Origin: an uncultured Chromatiales bacterium
GTDB taxonomy: Bacteria; Pseudomonadota; Gammaproteobacteria; Poriferisulfidales; Poriferisulfidaceae
DNA length: 64,000 nt
Assembly (NCBI GenBank): GCA_964526195.1
Contig: CAZGIH010000017.1
Span: 131,888 to 195,887, forward strand
Reading direction: 5' to 3'
Shown here: in pieces, positions 59,178 through 64,000 of the stretch
Position numbering within the stretch: position 1 is the stretch's first letter
Layout: every line of letters starts with the position of its first letter
Program-made: the position numbers and the translations under genes
Notes under the pieces: generated by a model
Told to the model about the DNA's origin: nothing
What the model saw: only the letters and a program-made list of their open reading frames with translations
The model's database searches: none

Positions 59178-61477
59178 GATTCATCAGGTGGAGGCAGAAG
59201 CACCTCGCGGGCACCCCCTGGCTGCACCGCACCGACAATCTCCGCTTCCTCCATTTCCTCGATCATCCGGGCCGCACGGTTGTAGCCGACCTTGAGACGT
59301 CGCTGCAGGTACGAGACGGAGGCTTTCCGATCTCGGCGCACAATCTCCACTGCCGCTTGATACAGCGGATCTTCTGCGCCCTCTTCATCGTCTCCCTCGG
59401 TCAGCCCGGGAATTGAGACGGTAGCTTCTTTTTGCGTTACTTCTTCCAGATAGTCGGGCTCGCCGCCATGTTCCCGCAGGTGCTTGACGACTTGGCGAAC
59501 CTCGTCATCCGAGATGAATGCGCCATGAATCCGTTTGGGCAACGTCTCGCCCGAATCCAGGAACAGCATGTCCCCATGCCCCAGCAATTGTTCCGCCCCT
59601 CCCTGATCCAGAATCGTGCGCGAGTCGATCTGCGAGGCAACCCGGAAAGAGATACGGGCGGGGATATTCGATTTGATCAGGCCGGTGATTACTTCTCGCG
59701 TCGGGCGCTGTGTGGCGAGAATCAGATGGATGCCGGCAGCACGGGCCTTTTGTGCCAGACGGATGATGTAATCCTCGACCTTTTTCCCGGCAACCATCAT
59801 CATGTCCGCGAATTCATCGATCACGACCACGATATGAGGCAGGTGTTCCAACGGTGGCACCTCGTCCTCCTCGCCAAGGCTTTCGTACGTTGGATCCGGG
59901 ATGGTTTCCTTGTTCTTGGCCGCTTCTTCGATCTTCCGGTTGTAGCCGTTCAAGTTGCGCACGCCCAGCCTCGACATAACCGTATAGCGTCGCTCCATCT
60001 GGCTCACGCACCACAACAGGGCCTGAGCCGCCTGTCCCATGTTGGTGACCACCGGGGTCAGCAAATGGGGAATCCCTTCATAAATGGCGAGTTCCAACAT
60101 CTTCGGATCGATCAAGATCAACTTCAGGTCCTTTGGCAGGGCCTTGTACAGCAGGCTCATGATCATGGCGTTGATCGCCACCGACTTGCCGGAACCGGTC
60201 GTCCCGGCTACCAAGAGATGCGGCATTCTCGCCAGATCGCAGACCACCGGCTCACCACTGATACTCTTGCCAAGCGCCAGCGTCAGCAAGGATGGAGACT
60301 GGCTGAATGCAACCGACCGCAGGATCTCGCTGGCCATCACCATTTCACGATCCTCGTTCGGCACTTCCAGACCGATCACCGATTTCCCCTCGACCACCTC
60401 CTCCACGCGGACGCTGACCACCGACAGCGAGCGTGCCAAATCCTTCGCATAACTGCTGATCTTGCTGCCCCGCACTCCCGGGGCCGGTTCCAAGTCGAAA
60501 CGAGTCACGATCGGGCCGGGTGTCACGGCCACTACCGCGACATCAACTTTGAATTCTTCCATTTTAATTTCAATCTGTTTCGACATATTGCTGAGAGCTT
60601 CCTCAGAATAACCCATGCTCCCTTCCATGGGCTCGTCCAACAGGTCGAGCGGCGGCAATTCCTTGGTGCCGCTAGCGGGTAACAAGGAAATCTGTTTTTC
60701 TTTCGCCTGCCTTTGGGCATCGGCTTGGATCTGGATCTTGGGTTCGATCCGGGTGGGGCTCTTGGACGCCCTTTTCTCCTTTGTCCGCTTCCGTTTTTCT
60801 TCCCGTTGCTGACGATCTCGCCGCCCGGAGAAATATTCCTGAATACGCCGAATCCCTGCAATGATGGCAGACCCCGCGTCCCAAGCGAATTTGCCGGTCA
60901 GATCCACGACTTTCAGCCACGAAAAACTTGTCCACAGGGTGGTGCCAACGAACAGCAGCGCCAGCAGTAACACCGTTGCGCCCACCTCACTAAACGCCGC
61001 AACAAATCCACCCGCAACTCCCTTTCCAACCAATCCGCCACTTCCGGTCGGCAAGGCCGGTGCCAGCAGGTAGATGCCGATTAGGGAACAGGCCGCCATC
61101 AACGTCATGAGAAATCCGCCCCAACGCAACGCGGCCAAACCCCAACCGGGCCTCTTCGCATCCCCTGGGATGGCCCTCTGGCTGTATAGAAGCCAGCCGT
61201 GGTACCCCAGCATGAACGGAACCAGATACGCGATGTAACCCAGCAAATACAGCAATAAGTCGGCCACGGTTGCACCTACCTTTCCGGCCGCGTTCCGGAT
61301 GTCCCCGTCCCCGGTGTCAAACCAGCTCGGGTCATCCGGGTGATAGGTGATCAGTGCGACCAGCAGGTAGACGGCCAAGGCCGTGAAGACGAGCAACGCG
61401 CCCTCGCGGAACACCGGAGACATGCGGGGCGGCTGCGAATCCTGTTGCTTGGGACGCTTGGGGGGTTTTTTCTTCAA
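59174..61477 (-). CDS. ftsK: DNA translocase FtsK
   Basis: N-terminal TM domain, Pro/Gln-rich linker, RecA-like motor (GTTGSGKS), C-terminal gamma winged helix. Confidence 0.95.
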   Translation of the reverse strand: MKKKPPKRPKQQDSQPPRMSPVFREGALLVFTALAVYLLVALITYHPDDPSWFDTGDGDIRNAAGKVGATVADLLLYLLGYIAYLVPFMLGYHGWLLYSQRAIPGDAKRPGWGLAALRWGGFLMTLMAACSLIGIYLLAPALPTGSGGLVGKGVAGGFVAAFSEVGATVLLLALLFVGTTLWTSFSWLKVVDLTGKFAWDAGSAIIAGIRRIQEYFSGRRDRQQREEKRKRTKEKRASKSPTRIEPKIQIQADAQRQAKEKQISLLPASGTKELPPLDLLDEPMEGSMGYSEEALSNMSKQIEIKMEEFKVDVAVVAVTPGPIVTRFDLEPAPGVRGSKISSYAKDLARSLSVVSVRVEEVVEGKSVIGLEVPNEDREMVMASEILRSVAFSQSPSLLTLALGKSISGEPVVCDLARMPHLLVAGTTGSGKSVAINAMIMSLLYKALPKDLKLILIDPKMLELAIYEGIPHLLTPVVTNMGQAAQALLWCVSQMERRYTVMSRLGVRNLNGYNRKIEEAAKNKETIPDPTYESLGEEDEVPPLEHLPHIVVVIDEFADMMMVAGKKVEDYIIRLAQKARAAGIHLILATQRPTREVITGLIKSNIPARISFRVASQIDSRTILDQGGAEQLLGHGDMLFLDSGETLPKRIHGAFISDDEVRQVVKHLREHGGEPDYLEEVTQKEATVSIPGLTEGDDEEGAEDPLYQAAVEIVRRDRKASVSYLQRRLKVGYNRAARMIEEMEEAEIVGAVQPGGAREVLLPPPDES

Positions 61478-61507
61478 AACGGAAGTACGTGTCTGTGTGA
61501 ATTATAG

Positions 61508-62494
<987 letters not shown>

Positions 62495-62522
62495 ATAGCA
62501 GGTATAGCCCCGCCCGAGCTCT

Positions 62523-62723
62523 TCAGCATTGACGGTTAGGGGCGACTCGCGGGAGCTTCTGCATGGGGCATTCCCCGTTTGCGTATTTGTCATGGCAGTC
62601 CTTGCAGAATTTTCCGCGCTCCGGCATACCTGCGTACTCGATGAAGCCACCGATCATCGGCCAGTGCCGGCAATTCGTGCAGAAATGCCAAACAGAATCA
62701 TTTTTCCTTCTTCGGTAGATCAT
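62523..62723 (-). CDS. Small Cys-rich hypothetical protein (possible zinc ribbon: CTNC...CKDC...C...C)
   Basis: 66 aa ORF with 8 Cys and 3 His. Weak SD; uncertain. Confidence 0.3.
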   Translation of the reverse strand: MIYRRRKNDSVWHFCTNCRHWPMIGGFIEYAGMPERGKFCKDCHDKYANGECPMQKLPRVAPNRQC

Positions 62724-63089
62724 TTCCAGCCGAACAGGCGGCAGAGCACGAGGACGAAGGTCGCGGACCCGCCGAGGTGTTTTGCACTAGGAAGACTGGA
62801 GAACTGTTGCCCCGTCACGCCGGCCCAGCACAAACTCACTTTCGGAAGGAAAGTGATTGAGACAAAATTTTTTCAGCGCCACGAATCAGAGAAGCGATTC
62901 GCGATATAGAGTTGTGTTCCCTTGGAAGAAAGCGAAGGGAGGCAGGCCTAAATAAGGTGGCAGGTGGGCCCGTTTGCAGTATGCCCGTCCGTGACATTGT
63001 CCATTCCTCCGAATGGCTCCATCAGGGAACTGGGCACCGAAAAATTTAACACGGGAAACAGTCCGGGCTCCACGGCAACGCCCGCAGTT

Positions 63090-63926
63090 TTATTCCTCCA
63101 GGATGTCAACCCAACGCAGTGCCATGCTGTCATGGGCGAAAGACGGGATTCGGAATGCCCAGCCCTCAAGGTGCCGGGCAAGCATGCCCACCCGGGTACG
63201 GTCTTCGTCGCTCATGTCCTCTCCCAAGTGCACCGTAAAGCGTGCATACCGTTCCACATCCACTGGGAACAAGCGCGCTTCCAAACTGTAGCCCTGATAG
63301 AACTCGTACCGGGCCCGGGCCGCGTCTTCCAGGTAAACCTTGGTTTGGGATGCCGGCATGACATCCTCTAGCGACAGGCTGGTAATGGCGCTGGCCATCC
63401 GACTAAGAGCGTACTCGTTTTTCAGCGTCGCACCTTCGGGGAGATTGAGTACAGTGAATTTCACGTCCGCGGCTTCTTCCGCACGCTGCCCCTCGATCCT
63501 TTCCCCATCCGGATGCACGACTTCCATCCGGCGTATCTGCTCCATTCCGATATCCAGCAGCTCTGGGTCAAGCCAGCGTCGTGGTTCGCTTGGAATCGTG
63601 AATGTCCGATCCACAAGCCAGCCCTGATCGTCGTCGGCATTTCGTACATAGGTGGCGCTACGCCCATCCGGGGTCGCGCCAATGCGAACCGACCGAGCAC
63701 CTTCCGCTGAATGAAGCGTGACCTGCTGCCCTTTTGCCTCGAGCCGTTCGATTCCCCCCAAGCCCAACTGGGCATGTTGCGCCGGATCACGGGTCTTGCG
63801 CTCAAGCAGTTTCGCTTCCGCCAAATCCAGTAACAGGCTGCGGATGGTGCCTACATTCGCAGGATAGTGCTGACGCTGCACCACACCCCACCCTTCCGGG
63901 CGACGCTCCAAGGTGACCTGCGGCAT
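63090..63926 (-). CDS. Hypothetical protein (possibly a DUF4340-like periplasmic protein; may extend past the window end)
   Basis: At least 278 aa with protein-like composition. The reading frame remains open beyond 63926 towards the window end. Confidence 0.4.
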   Translation of the reverse strand: MPQVTLERRPEGWGVVQRQHYPANVGTIRSLLLDLAEAKLLERKTRDPAQHAQLGLGGIERLEAKGQQVTLHSAEGARSVRIGATPDGRSATYVRNADDDQGWLVDRTFTIPSEPRRWLDPELLDIGMEQIRRMEVVHPDGERIEGQRAEEAADVKFTVLNLPEGATLKNEYALSRMASAITSLSLEDVMPASQTKVYLEDAARARYEFYQGYSLEARLFPVDVERYARFTVHLGEDMSDEDRTRVGMLARHLEGWAFRIPSFAHDSMALRWVDILEE

Positions 63927-64000
63927 ATTCCCCGGCCCAGTTACGTCGATACGGGTTACGGAGTTGATATCGAGATTCTCAAGCCACGAGTTCCCGATGT

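Overview
This is a high-GC (~60-65%) chromosomal segment from a proteobacterium, probably a sulfur-oxidising gammaproteobacterium judging by fccAB, the ccm operon and rhodanese. The backbone is housekeeping genes in tight operons: msrPQ-moeB, mobAB, gltA, sdhCDAB-sdhE-DUF1249-metX, tRNA-Ala, nrdR-ribD-ribE-ribBA-ribH-nusB-thiL-pgpA, glyA, cbiX-kdsB-ycaR-lpxK/msbA-exbDB, lolDE, ccmABCDEFGHI, a NapC/NirT-like cytochrome with fccAB, mfd-csiV, nagZ, rarA-lolA-ftsK and trxB. Two lower-GC insertions stand out. (1) 3.2-8.65 kb holds a complete compact type II-C CRISPR-Cas9 locus: cas9 (1098 aa), cas1, cas2, nine 36-bp repeats plus a degenerate terminal repeat, 30-bp spacers, and a predicted tracrRNA divergent from cas9. 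It sits between moeB/DUF1244 and mobAB in a molybdenum-cofactor cluster. (2) 20.47-25.09 kb is an AT-rich island carrying an IS1595-family element with perfect 34-bp terminal inverted repeats 2.5 kb apart, passenger genes including DUF2513, and a COG1373/DUF4143 AAA+ ATPase. Other notable points: an in-frame msbA-lpxK fusion, RibH with a poly-Asp tail, a RibBA whose cyclohydrolase domain lacks the zinc cysteines, a ccmD gene missed by the ORF track, frequent ATGA start/stop overlaps, and a NapC/NirT tetraheme cytochrome beside flavocytochrome c sulfide dehydrogenase.
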